NCBI RefSeq assembly: GCF_963921235.1
Contig: NC_086101.1
Coordinates: forward strand, 1,488,001 to 1,552,000
Length of the DNA: 64,000 nt
Source of the DNA: Mobula hypostoma
Lineage: Eukaryota
Reading direction: 5' to 3'
Position 1 is the first letter of the stretch. Each line of letters starts with the position of its first letter. Shown one piece after another: positions 44,201 to 58,900 of the stretch. The position numbers and the translations under genes are program-made. Under the pieces are notes generated by a model that saw only the letters and a list, made by a program, of their open reading frames with translations, was not told the DNA's origin and searched no databases.

Positions 44201-46728
44201 AGGGTTATGGAGAGAGTGATGGGGAGGGGAGGGGAGGGTTATGGAGAGAGTGATGGGGAGGGGAGGGGAGGGTTATGGAGAGAGTGATGGGGAGGGGAGG
44301 GTTATGGAGAGAGTGATGGGGAGGGGAGGGTTATGGAGAGAGTGATGGGGAGGGGAGGGAGGATGAGGGGAGGGGAGGGGAGGGTTATGGAGAGAGTGAT
44401 GGGGAGGGGAGGGGAGGGTTATGGAGAGAGTGATGGGGAGGGGAGGGGAGGGTTATGGAGAGAGTGATGGGGAGGGGAGGGTTATGGAGAGAGTGGGGAG
44501 GGAGGGTTATGGAGAGGGATGGGGAGGGGAGGGTTATGGAGAGATGGGGAGGGGAGGGGAGGTTATGGAGAGAGTGATGGGGAGGGGAGGGGAGGGTTAT
44601 GGAGAGAGTGATGGGGAGGGGAGGGTTATGGAGAGAGTGATGGGAGAGAGTGATAGGGAGGGGAGGGTTATGGAGAGAGTGATGGGGAGGGGAGGGTTAT
44701 GGAGAGAGTGATGGGGAGGGGAGGGGAGGGTTATGGAGAGAGTGATGGGAGGGGAGGGGAGGGTTATGGAGAGAGTGATGGGGAGGGGAGGGGAGGGTTA
44801 TGGAGAGAGTGATGGGGAGGGGAGGGGAGGGTTATGGAGAGAGTGATGGGGAGGGGAGGGGAGGGTTATGGAGAGAGTGATGGGGAGGGGAGGGGAGGGT
44901 TATGGAGAGAGTGATGGGGAGGGGAGGGTTATGGAGAGAGTGATGAGGGGAGGGGAGGGTTATGGAGAGAGTGATGGGGAGGGGAGGGGAGGGTTATGGA
45001 GAGAGTGATGGGGAGGGGAGGGGAGGGTTATGGAGAGAGTGATGGGGAGGGGAGGGGAGGGTTATGGAGAGAGTGATGGGGAGGGGAGGGTTATGGAGAG
45101 AGTGATGGGGAGGGGAGGGGAGGGTTATGGAGAGAGTGATGGGGAGGGGAGGGTTATGGAGAGAGTGATGGGGGGAGGGGAGGGTTATGGAGAGAGTGAT
45201 GGGGAGGGGAGGGGAGGGTTATGGAGAGAGTGATGGGGAGGGGAGGGTTATGGAGAGAGTGATGGGGAGAGGGGAGGGTTATGGAGAGAGTGATGGGGAG
45301 GGGAGGGTTATGGAGAGAGTGAGGGAGGGGAGGGTTATGGAGAGAGTGATGGGGAGGGGAGGGGGAGAGGTTATGGAGTTATGGAGAGAGTGATGGGGAG
45401 GGGAGGGGAGGGTTATGGAGAGAGTGATGGGGAGGGGAGGGGAGGGTTATGGAGAGAGTGATGGGGAGGGGAGGGGAGGGTTATGGAGAGAGTGATGGGG
45501 AGGGGAGGGTTATGGAGAGAGTGATGGGGAGGGGAGGGGAGGGTTATGGAGAGAGTGATGGGGAGGGAGGGGAGGGTTATGGAGAGAGTGATGGGGAGGG
45601 GAGGGAGGGTTATGGAGAGAGTGATGGGGAGGGGAGGGGAGGGTTATGGAGAGAGTGATGGGGAAGGGAGGGGGTTATGGAGTGAGTGATTGGGAGGGGA
45701 GGGTTATGGAGAGAGTGATGGGGAGGGGAGGGGAGGGTTATGGAGAGAATGATGGGGAGGGGAGGGGAGGGTTATGGAGAGAGTGATGGGGAGGGAGGGG
45801 AGGGTTATGGAGAGAGTGATGGGGAGGGGAGGGGAGGGTTATGGAGAGAGTGATGGGGAGGGGAGGGGAGGGTTATGGAGAGAGTGATGGGGAGGGGAGT
45901 GTTATTGAGAGAGTGATGATGAGGGGAGCGTTATGGAGAGAGTGATGGGGAGGGGAGGGGAGGGTTATGGAGAGAGTGATGGGGAGGGGAGGGGAGGGTT
46001 ATGGAGAGAGTGATGGGGAGGGGAGGGGAGGGTTATGGAGAGAGTGATGGGGAGTGATGGGGAGGGGAGGGTTATGGAGAGAGTGATGGGGAGGGGAGGG
46101 TTATGGAGAGAGTGATGGGGAGGGGAGGGTTATGGAGAGAGTGATGGGGAGGGGAGGGGAGGGTTATGGAGAGAGTGATGGGGAGGGGAGGGGAGGGTTA
46201 TGGAGAGAGTGATGGGATGGGGAGGGGAGGGTTATGGAGAGAGTGATGGGGAGGGGAGGGGAGGGTTATGGAGAGAGTGATGGGGAGGGGAGGGGAGGGT
46301 TATGGAGAGAGTGATGGGGAGAGTGATGGGGAGGGGAGGGTTATGGAGAGAGTGATGGGGAGGGGAGGGGAGGGTTATGGAGAGAGTGATGGGGAGGGGA
46401 GGGTTATGGAGAGAGTGATGGGGAGGGAGGGGAGGGGAGGGTTATGGAGAGAGTGATGGGGAGGGGAGGTATGGAGGGTTATGGAGAGAGTGATGGGGAG
46501 TGGGGAGGGGAGGGTTATGGAGAGAGTGATGGGGAGGGGAGGGTTATGGAGAGAGTGATGGAGGAGTGAGGGAGGGGAGGGTTATGGAGAGAGTGATGGG
46601 GAGGGGAGGGGAGAGAGGTATGGAGAGTGATGGGGAGGGGAGGGTTATGGAGAGAGTGATGGGGAGGGGAGGGGAGGGTTATGGAGAGAGTGATGGGGAG
46701 GGGAGGGGAGGGTTATGGAGAGAGTGAT
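38291..46728 (+). repeat. G-rich minisatellite, units of 29 or 34 bp: GGTTATGGAGAGAGTGATGGGGAGGGGAG(GGGAG)
   Basis: Continuous tandem array of about 8.4 kb, nearly devoid of C on the + strand. Confidence 0.97.
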
Positions 46729-46928
46729 NNNNNNNNNNNNNNNNNNNNNNNNNNNNNNNNNNNNNNNNNNNNNNNNNNNNNNNNNNNNNNNNNNNNNNNN
46801 NNNNNNNNNNNNNNNNNNNNNNNNNNNNNNNNNNNNNNNNNNNNNNNNNNNNNNNNNNNNNNNNNNNNNNNNNNNNNNNNNNNNNNNNNNNNNNNNNNNN
46901 NNNNNNNNNNNNNNNNNNNNNNNNNNNN
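46729..46928. other. Assembly gap (200 N)
   Basis: Run of exactly 200 N between two different arrays. Confidence 0.99.
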
Positions 46929-49900
46929 ACTCACTGACGAGGGAGATTGAATACAGACGTCTCATACTCACTGATGAGGAGAGATTGAATACAGACGCCT
47001 CCTACCCACTGACGAGGGGAGATTAAATACAGACGCCTCATACTCACTGACGAGGGGGGATTGAATACAGACGCCTCATACTCACTGACGAGGGGAGATT
47101 GAATACAGACGCCTCATACTCACTGACGAGGGGAGATTGAATACAGACGCCTCATACTCACTGACGAGGGGAGATTGAATACAGACGCCTCATATTCACT
47201 GACGCGGGGAGGTTAAATACAGAAGCCTCATACTCACTGACGAGGGGAGATTGAATACAGACGTCTCATACTCACACACGAGGGGAGGTTGAATACAAAC
47301 GTCTCATACTCACTGACGAGGGCAGATTGAATACAGACGCCTCATACTCACTGACGAGGGGAGATTGAATACAGACGCCTCATACTCACTGACGAGGGGA
47401 GATTGAATACAGACGCCTCATACTCACTGACGAGGGGAGATTGAATACAGACGCCTCATACTCACTGACGAGGGGAGATTGAATACAGACGCCTCATACT
47501 CACTGACGAGGGGAGATTGAATACAGACGTCTCATACTCACTGACGAGGGGAGATTGAATACAGACGTCTCATACTCACTGACGAGGGGAGATTGAATAC
47601 AGACGCCTCATACTCACTGACGAGGGGAGATTGAATACAGACGCCTCATACTCACTGACGAGGGGAGATTGAATACAGACGTCTCATACTCACTGACGAG
47701 GGGAGATTGAATACAGACGTCTCATACTCACTGACGAGGGGAGATTGAATACAGACGTCTCATACTCACTGACGAGGGGAGATTGAATACAGACGCCTCA
47801 TACTCACTGACGAGGGGAGATTGAATACAGACGCCTCATACTCACTGACGAGGGGAGATTGAATACAGACGTCACATACTCACTGACGAGGGGAGATTGA
47901 ATACAGACGTCTCATACTCACTGACGAGGGGAGATTGAATACAGACGTCTCATACTCACTGATGAGGAGAGATTGAATACAGACGCCTCCTACCCACTGA
48001 CGAGGGGAGATTAAATACAGACGCCTCATACTCACTAACGAGGGGGGATTGAATACAGACGTCTCATACTCACTGACGAAGGGGAGATTGAATACAGACG
48101 CCTCATACTCACTGACGAGGGGAGATTGAATACAGACGCCTCATACTCACTGACGAGGGGAGATTGAATACAGACGCCTCATACTCACTGACGAGGGGAG
48201 ATTGAATACAGACGCCTCATACTCACTGACGAGGGAGATTGAATACAGACGTCTTATACTCACTGACGAGGGGAGATTGAATACAGATGCCTCATACTCA
48301 CTGACGAGGGGAGATTGAATACAGACGTCTCATACTCACTGATGAGGGGAGTTTAAAGACAGACGCCTCATACTCACTGACGAGGGGAGATTGAATACAG
48401 ACGCCTCATACTAACTGACGAGGGGAGATTGAATACAGACGTCTGATACTCACTGACAAGGGGAGATTGAATACAGACGTCTCATAGTCACTGACGAGGG
48501 GAGATTGAATACATACGCCTCAAACTCACTGAAGAGGGGAGAGTGAATACAGACGCCTCATACTCACTGACGAGGGGAGATTGAATACAGACGCCTCATA
48601 CTCACTGACGAGGGGAGATTGAATACAGACGTCTCATACTCACTGACGAGGGGAGTTTGAATACAGACGCCTCATACTCACTGACGAGGGGAGATTGAAT
48701 ACAGACGCCTCATACTCACTGACGAGGGGAGATTGAATACAGACGCCTCATACTCACTGACGAGGGGAGATTGAATACAGACGCCTCATACTCACTGACG
48801 AGGGGAGATTGAATACAGACGCCTCATACTAACTGACGAGGGGAGATTGAATACAGACGTCTCATACTCACTGACGAGGGGAGATTGAATACAGACGTCT
48901 CATACTCACTGACGAGGGGAGATTGAATACAGACGCCTCATACTCACTGACGAGGGGAGATTGAATACAGACGCCTCATACTCACTGACGAGGGGAGATT
49001 GAATACAGACGTCTCATACTCACTGACGAGGGGAGATTGAATACAGACGCCTCATACTCACTGACGAGGGGAGATTGAATACAGACGTCTCATACTCACT
49101 GACGAGGGGAGATTGAATACAGACGCCTCATACTCACTGACGAGGGGAGATTGAATACAGACGCCTCATACTCACTGACGAGGGGAGATTGAATACAGAC
49201 GTCTCATACTCACTGACGAGGGCAGATTGAATACAGACGCCTCATACTCACTGACGAAGGGAGATTGAATACAGACGCCTCATACTGACGAGGGGAGATT
49301 GAATACTGATGCCTCATACTCACTGACGAGGGAGATTGAATACAGACGTCTTATACTCACTGACGAGGGGAGATTGAATACAGATGCCTCATACTCACTG
49401 ACGAGGGGAGATTGAATACAGACGTCTCATACTCACTGATGAGGGGAGTTTAAAGACAGACGCCTCATACTCACTGACGAGGCGAGATTGAATACAGACG
49501 TCTCATACTCACTGACGAGGGAGATTGAATACAGACGTCTCATACTCACTGATGAGGAGAGATTGAATACAGACGCCTCCTACCCACTGACGAGGGGAGA
49601 TTAAATACAGACGCCTCATACTCACTGACGAGGGGGGATTGAATACAGACGCCTCATACTCACTGACGAGGGGAGATTGAATACAGACGCCTCATACTCA
49701 CTGACGAGGGGAGATTGAATACAGACGCCTCATACTCACTGACGAGGGGAGATTGAATACAGACGCCTCATATTCACTGACGCGGGGAGGTTAAATACAG
49801 AAGCCTCATACTCACTGACGAGGGGAGATTGAATACAGACGTCTCATACTCACACACGAGGGGAGGTTGAATACAAACGTCTCATACTCACTGACGAGGG

Positions 49901-52900
49901 CAGATTGAATACAGACGCCTCATACTCACTGACGAGCGGAGATTGAATACAGACGCCTCATACTCACTGACGAGGGGAGATTGAATACAGACGCCTCATA
50001 CTCACTGACGAGGGGAGATTGAATAAAGACTTCTCATACACACTGACGAGGAGAGATTGAATACAGACGTCTCATATTCACCGATGAGGGGAGATTGAAT
50101 ACAGACGCCTCATACTCACTGACGAGGGGAGATTGAATACAGACGCCTCATACTCACTGACGAGGGGAGATTGAATACAGACGCCTCATACTCACTGACG
50201 AGGGGAGATTGAATACAGACGCCTCATACTCACTGACGAGGGGAGATTGAATACAGACGTCTCATACTCACTGACGAGGGGAGATTGAATACAGACGCCT
50301 CATACTCACTGATGAGGGGAGATTGAATACAGACGCCTCATACTCACTGACGAGGGGAGATTGAATAGAAACGTCACATACTCACTGACGAGGGGAGATT
50401 GAATACAGACGTCTCATACTCACTGACGAGGGAGATTGAATACAGACGTCTCATACTCACTGATGAGGAGAGATTGAATACAGACGCCTCCTACCCACTG
50501 ACGAGGGGAGATTAAATACAGACGCCTCATACTCACTAACGAGGGGGGATTGAATACAGACGTCTCATACTCACTGACGAGGGGAGATTGAATACAGACG
50601 CCTCATACTCACTGACGAGGGGAGATTGAATACAGACGCCTCATACTCACTGACGAGGGGAGATTGAATACAGACGTCTCATACTCACTGACGAAGGAGA
50701 TTGAATTCAGACGTCTCATACTCACTGACGAGGGGAGATTGAATACAGACGCCTCATACTCACTGACGAGGGGAGATTGAATACAGACGCCTCATACTCA
50801 CTGACGAGGGGAGATTGAATACAGACGCCTCATACTCACTGACGAGGGGAGATTGAATACAGACGTCGCCTACCCACTGACGAGGGGAGATTGAATACAG
50901 ACGTCTCATACTCACTGACGAGGGTGATTGAATACAGACGTCTCATACTCACTGATGAGGAGAGATTGAATACCGACGCCTCATACTCACTGACGAGGGG
51001 AGATTGAATACAGACGTCGCCTACCCACTGACGAGGGGAGATTGAATACAGACGTCTCATACTCACTGACGAGGGGAGATTGAATACAGACGTCTCATAC
51101 TCACTGATGAGGAGAGATTGAATACAGACGCCTCCTACCCACTGACGAGGGGAGATGAAATACAGACGCCTCATACTCACTAACGAGGGGGGATTGAATA
51201 CAGACGTCTCATACTCACTGACAAGGGGAGATTGAATACAGACGCCTCATACTCACTGACGAGGGCAGATTGAATACAGACGCCTCATACTCACTGACGA
51301 GGGGAGATTGAATACAGACGCCTCATACTCACTGACGAGGGGAGATTGAATACAGACGCCTCATACCCACTGACGAGGGGAGATTAAATACAGACGCCTC
51401 ATACTCACTGACGAGGGGAGATTGAATACAGACGTCTCATACTCACTGACGAGGGGAGATTGAATACAGACGTCTCATAGTCACTGACGAGGGGAGATTG
51501 AATACATACGCCTCATACTCACTGAAGAGGGGAGATTGAATACAGACGTCTCATACTCACTGACGAGGGGAGATTGAATACAGACGTCTCATACTCACTG
51601 ACGAGGGGAGATTGAATACAGACGCCTCATACTCACTGACGAGGGGAGATTGAATACAGACGCCTCATACTCACTGACGAGGGGAGATTGAATACAGACG
51701 TCTCATACTCACTGACGAGGGGAGATTGAATACAGACGCCTCATACTCACTGACGAGGGGAGATTGAATACAGACGTCTCATACTCACTGACGAGGGGAG
51801 ATTGAATACAGATGTCTCATAGTCACTGACGAGGGGAGATTGAATACATATGCCTCATACTCACTGAAGAGGGGAGAGTGAATACAGACGTCTCATACTC
51901 ACTGACGAGGGGAGATTGAATACAGACGTCTCATACTCACTGATGAGGAGAGATTGAATACAGACGCCTCATACCCACTGACGAGGGGAGATTAAATACA
52001 GACGCCTCATACTCACTGACGAGGGGAGATTGAATACAGACGTCTCATACTCACTGACGAGGGGAGATTGAATACAGACGCCTCATACTCACTGACGAGG
52101 GGAGATTGAATACAGACGTCTCATACTCACTGACGAGGGGAGATTGAATACAGACGTCTCATACTCACTGACGAGGGGAGATTGAATACAGACGTCTCAT
52201 ACTCACTGATGAGGAGAGATTGAATACAGACGCCTCATACCCACTGACGAGGGGAGATTAAATACAGACGCCTCATACTCACTGACGAGGGGAGATTGAA
52301 TACAGACGCCTCATACTCACTGACGAGGGGAGATTGAATACAGACGCCTCATACTCACTGACGAGGGGAGATTGAATACAGACGCCTCATACTCACTGAC
52401 GAGGGGAGATTGAATACAGACGCCTCATATTCACTGACGAGGGGAGGTTAAATACAGACGCCTCATACTCACTGACGAGGGGAGATTGAATACAGACGTC
52501 TCATACTCACACACGAGGGGAGGTTGAATACAAACGTCTCATACTCACTGACGAGGGCAGATTGAATACAGACGCCTCATACTCACTGACGAGCGGAGAT
52601 TGAATACAGACGCCTCATACTCACTGACGAGGGCAGATTGAATACAGACGCCTCATACTCACTGACGAGGGGAGATTGAATACAGACTTCTCATACACAC
52701 TGACGAGGAGAGATTGAATACAGACGTCTCATATTCACCGATGAGGGGAGATTGAATACAGACGCCTCATACTCACTGACGAGGGGAGATTGAATACAGA
52801 CGCCTCATACTCACTGACGAGGGGAGATTGAATACAGACGCCTCATACTCACTGACGAGGGGAGATTGAATACAGACGTCTCATACTCACTGACGAGGGG

Positions 52901-55900
52901 AGATTGAATACAGACGCCTCATACTCACTGACGAGGGGAGATTGAATACAGACGCCTCATACTCACTGACGAGGGGAGATTGAATAGAGACGTCTCATAC
53001 TCACTGACGAGGGGAGATTGAATACAGATGTCTCATACTCACTGACGAGGGAGATTGAATACAGACGTCTCATACTCACTGACGAGGGGAGATTGAATAC
53101 AGAAGCCTCATACTCACTGACGAGGGGAGATTGAATACAGACGCCTCATACTAACTGACGAGGGGAGATTGAATACAGACGTCTCATACTCACTGACGAG
53201 GGGAGATTGAATACAGACGTCTCATAGTCACTGACGAGGGGAGATTGAATACAGACGTCTCATACTCACTGATGAGGAGAGATTGAATACAGACGCCTCC
53301 TACCCACTGACGAGGGGAGATTAAATACAGACGCCTCATACTCACTAACGAGGGGGGATTGAATACAGACGTCTCATACTCACTGACGAGGGGAGATTGA
53401 ATACAGACGCCTCATACTCACTGACGAGGGGAGATTGAATACATACGCCTCATACTCACTGAAGAGGGGAGAGTGAATACAGACGTCTCATACTCACTGA
53501 CGAGGGCAGATTGAATACAGACGCCTCATACTCACTGACGAGGGGAGATTGAATACAGACGCCTCATACTGACGAGGGGAGATTGAATACAGACGTCTCA
53601 TACTCACTGACGAAGGGAGATTGAATAAAGACTTCTCATACACATTGACGAGGAGAGATTGAATACAGATGTCTCATACTCACTGATGAGGGGAGATTGA
53701 ATACAGACGCCTCATACTCACTGACGAGGGGAGATTGAATACAGACGCCTCATACTCACTGACGAGGGGAGATTGAATACAGACGCCTCATACTCACTGA
53801 CGAGGGGAGATTGAATACAGACGCCTCATACTCACTGACGAGGGGAGATTGAATACAGACGCCTCATACTCACTGACGAGGGGAGATTGAATACAGACGT
53901 CTCATACTCACTGACGAGGGGAGATTGAATACAGACGTCTCATACTCACTGACGAGGGGAGATTGAATACAGACGCCTCATACTCACTGACGAGGGGAGA
54001 TTGAATACAGACGCCTCATACTCACTGACGAGGGGAGATTGAATACAGACGTCACATACTCACTGACGAGGGGAGATTGAATACAGACGTCTCATACTCA
54101 CTGACGAGGGGAGATTGAATACAGACGTCTCATACTCACTGACGAGGGGAGATTGAATACAGACGTCTCATACTCACTGATGAGGAGAGATTGAATACAG
54201 ACGCCTCCTACCCACTGACGAGGGGAGATTAAATACAGAGGCCTCATACTCACTAACGAGGGGGGATTGAATACAGACGTCTCATACTCACTGACGAGGG
54301 GAGATTGAATACAGACGCCTCATACTCACTGACGAGGGGAGATTGAATACAGACGCCTCATACTCACTGACGAGGGGAGATTGAATACAGACGTCTCATA
54401 CTTCACTGACGAGGGGAGATTGAATACAGACGCCTCATACTCACTGACGAGGGAGATTGAATACAGACGCCTCATACTCACTGATGAGGGGAGATTGAAT
54501 ACAGACGCCTCATACTCACTGACGAGGGGAGATTGAATACAGACGTCTCATACTCACTGACGAGGGGAGATTGAATACAGACGCCTCATACTGACGAGGG
54601 GAGATTGAATACTGATGCCTCATACTCACTGACGAGGGAGATTGAATACAGACGTCTCATACTCACTGACGAGGGGAGATTGAATACAGACGTCTCATAC
54701 TCACTGACGAGGGAGATTGAATACAGACGTCTCATACTCACTGATGAGGAGAGATTGAATACAGACGCCTCATACCCACTGACGAGGGGAGATTAAATAC
54801 AGACGCCTCATACTCACTGACGAGGGGAGATTGAATACAGACGTCTCATACTCACTGACGAGGGGAGATTGAATACAGACGCCTCATACTCACTGACGAG
54901 GGGAGATTGAATACAGACGCCTCATACTCACTGACGAAGGGGAGATTGAATACAGAGGTGTCATATTCACTGACGAGGGCAGATTGAATACAGACGCCTC
55001 ATACTCACTGACGAGGGGAGATTGAATACAGACGCCTCATACTCACTGACGAGGGGAGATTGAATACAGACGTCTCATACTCACTGACGAGGGGAGATTG
55101 AATACAGACGCCTCATACTCACTGACGAGGGGAGATTGAATACAGACGTCTCATACTCACTGACGAGGGGAGATTGAATACAGACGTCTCATACTCACTG
55201 ACGAGGGGAGATTGAATACAGACGTCTCATACTCACTGATGAGGAGAGATTGAATACAGACGCCTCCTACCCACTGACGAGGGGAGATTAAATACAGACG
55301 CCTCATACTCACTGACGAGGGGAGATTGAATACAGACGCCTCATACTCACTGACGAGGGGAGATTGAATACAGACGCCTCATACTCACTGACGAGGGGAG
55401 ATTGAATACAGACGCCTCATACTCACTGACGAGGGGAGATTGAATACAGACGCCTCATACTCACTGACGAGGGGAGATTGAATACAGACGCCTCATATTC
55501 ACTGACGCGGGGAGGTTAAATACAGAAGCCTCATACTCACTGACGAGGGGAGATTGAATACAGATGTCTCATACTCACACACGAGGGGAGGTTGAATACA
55601 AACGTCTCATACTCACTGACGAGGGCAGATTGAATACAGACGCCTCATACTCACTGACGAGCGGAGATTGAATACAGACGCCACATACTCACTGACGAGG
55701 GGAGATTGAATACAGACGTCTCATACTCACTGACGAGGGGAGATTGAATACAGACTTCTCATACACACTGACGAGGAGAGATTGAATACAGACGTCTCAT
55801 ATCCACTGATGAGGGGAGATTGAATACAGACGCCTCATACTCACTGACGAGGGGAGATTGAATACAGACGCCTCATACTCACTGACGAGGGGAGATTGAA

Positions 55901-58900
55901 TACAGACGCCTCATACTCACTGACGAGTGGAGATTGAATACAGACGTCTCATACTCACTGATGAGGGGAGTTTAAAGACAGACGCCTCATACTCACTGAC
56001 GAGGGGAGATTGAATACAGACGCCTCATACTCACTGACGAGGGGAGATTGAATAGAACGCCATACTCACTGACTGTCTCATACTCACTGACGAGGGAGAT
56101 TGAGAGGGAGATTGAATTCGAGGGAGATAAGAGAGACGTCTCATACTCACTGACGAGGGGAGATTGAATACAGACGCCTCATACTCACTGACGAGGGGAG
56201 ATTGAATACAGACGCCTCATACTCACTGACGAGGGGAGATTGAATACAGACGTCACATACTCACTGACGAGGGGAGATTGAATACAGACGTCTCATACTC
56301 ACTGACGAGGGGAGATTGAATACAGACGTCTCATACTCACTGATGAGGAGAGATTGAATACAGACGCCTCCTACCCACTGACGAGGGGAGATTAAATACA
56401 GAGGCCTCATACTCACTAACGACGGGGGATTGAATACAGACGTCTCATACTCACTGACGAGCGAAGATTGAATACAGACGCCTCATACTCACTGACGAGG
56501 GGAGATTGAATACAGACGCCTCATACTCACTGACGAGGGGAGATTGAATACAGACGTCTCATACTCACTGACGAGGGCAGATTGAATACAGACGCCTCAT
56601 ACTCACTGACGAGGGGAGATTGAATACAGACGCCTCATACTCACTGACGAGGGGAGATTGAATACAGACGCCTCATACTCACTGACGAGGGGAGATTGAA
56701 TACAGACTTCTCATACTCACTGACGAGGAGAGATTGAATACAGACGTCTCATATCCACCGATGAGGGGAGATTGAATACAGACGCCTCATACTCACTGAC
56801 GAGAGGAGATTGAATACAGACGCCTCATACTCACTGACGAGGGGAGATTGAATACAGACGCTTCATACTCACTGACGAGGGGAGATTGAATACAGACGCC
56901 TCATACTCACTGATGAGGGGAGATTAAATACAGACGCTTCATATTCACTGACGAGGGGAGATTGAATACAGACGTCTCATACTCACTGACGAGGGGAGAT
57001 TGAATACAGACGTCTCATACTCACTGACGAGGGGAGATTGAATACAGACGCCTCATACTCACTGATGAGGGGAGATTGAATACAGACGCCTCATACTCAC
57101 TGACGAGGGGAGATTGAATACAGACGTCACATACTCACTGACGAGGGGAGATTGAATACAGATGTCTCATACTCACTGACGAGGGAGATTGAATACAGAC
57201 GTCTCATACTCACTGACGAGGGGAGATTGAATACAGACGTCTCATACTCACTGATGAGGAGAGATTGAATACAGACGCCTCCTATCCACTGACGAGGGGA
57301 GATTAAATACAGACGCCTCATACTCACTAACGAGGGGGGATTGAATACAGACGTCTCATACTCACTGACGAGGGGAGATTGAATACAGACGCCTCATACT
57401 CACTGACGAGGGGAGATTGAATACAGACGCCTCATACTCACTGACGAAGGGGAGATTGAATACAGACGCCTCATACTCACTGACGAGGGGAGATTGAATA
57501 CAGACGCCTCATACTCACTGACGAGGGGAGATTGAATACAGACGCCTCATACTCACTGACGAGGGGAGATTGAATACAGACGCCTCATACTCACTGACGA
57601 GGGGAGATTGAATACAGACGTCTCATACTCACTGACGAGGGGAGATTGAATACAGACGCCTCATACTCACTGATGAGGGGAGATTGAATACAGACGCCTC
57701 ATACTCACTGACGAGGGGAGATTGAATACAGACGTCACATACTCACTGACGAGGGGAGATTGAATACAGACGTCTCATACTCACTGACGAGGGGAGATTG
57801 AATACAGACGTCTCATACTCACTGATGAGGAGAGATTGAATACAGACGCCTCATACCCACTGACGAGGGGAGATTAAATACAGACGCCTCATACTCACTA
57901 ACGAGGGGGGATTGAATACAGACATCTCATACTCACTGACGAAGGGGCGATTGAATATATACTCACTGACGAGGGCAGATTGAATACAGATGCCTCATAC
58001 TCACTGACGAAGGGGAGATTGAATACAGAGGTGTGATATTCACTGACGAGCGCAGATTGAATACAGACGCCTCATACTCACTGACAAGGGGAGATTGAAT
58101 ACAGATGCCTCATACTCACTGACGAGGGGAGATTGAATACAGACGTCTCATACTCACTGATGAGGGGAGATTGAATACAGACGCCTCATACTCACTGACG
58201 AGGGGAGATTGAATACAGACGTCTCATACTCACTGACGAGGGGAGATTGAATACAGACGTCTCATACTCACTGACGAGGGGAGATTGAATACAGACGTCT
58301 CATACTCACTGACGAGGGGAGATTGAATACAGACGCCTCATACTCACTGACGAGGGGAGATTAAATACAGACGCCTCATACTCACTGACGAGGGGAGATT
58401 GAATACAGACGCCTCATACTCACTGACGAGGGGAGATTGAATACAGACGTCTCATACTCACTGACGAGGGGAGATTGAATACAGACGTCTCATACTCACT
58501 GACGAGGGGAGATTGAATACAGACGCCTCATACCCACTGACGAGGGGAGATTGAATACAGACGTCTCATACTCACTGACGAGGGGAGATTGAATACAGAC
58601 GTCTCATACTCACTGATGAGGAGAGATTGAATACAGACGCCTCCTACCCACTGACGAGGGGAGATTAAATACAGAGGCCTCATACTCACTAACGACGGGG
58701 GATTGAATACAGACGTCTCATACTCACTGACGAGGGAAGATTGAATACAGACGCCTCATACTCACTGACGAGGGGAGATTGAATACAGACGTCTCATACT
58801 CACTGACGAGGGGAGATTGAATACAGACGTCTCATAGTCACTGACGAGGGAGATTGAATACAGACGTCTCATACTCACTGATGAGGAGAGATTGAATACA

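Noticed and set aside
38396..46456. Repetitive ORFs (MERVMGRGGEGYGESD...)
   Set aside because: By-products of translating the minisatellite, with frames shifting according to unit length.
38291..46728. Telomeric repeat tract
   Set aside because: Only one AGGGTTA per unit, with no tandem TTAGGG.
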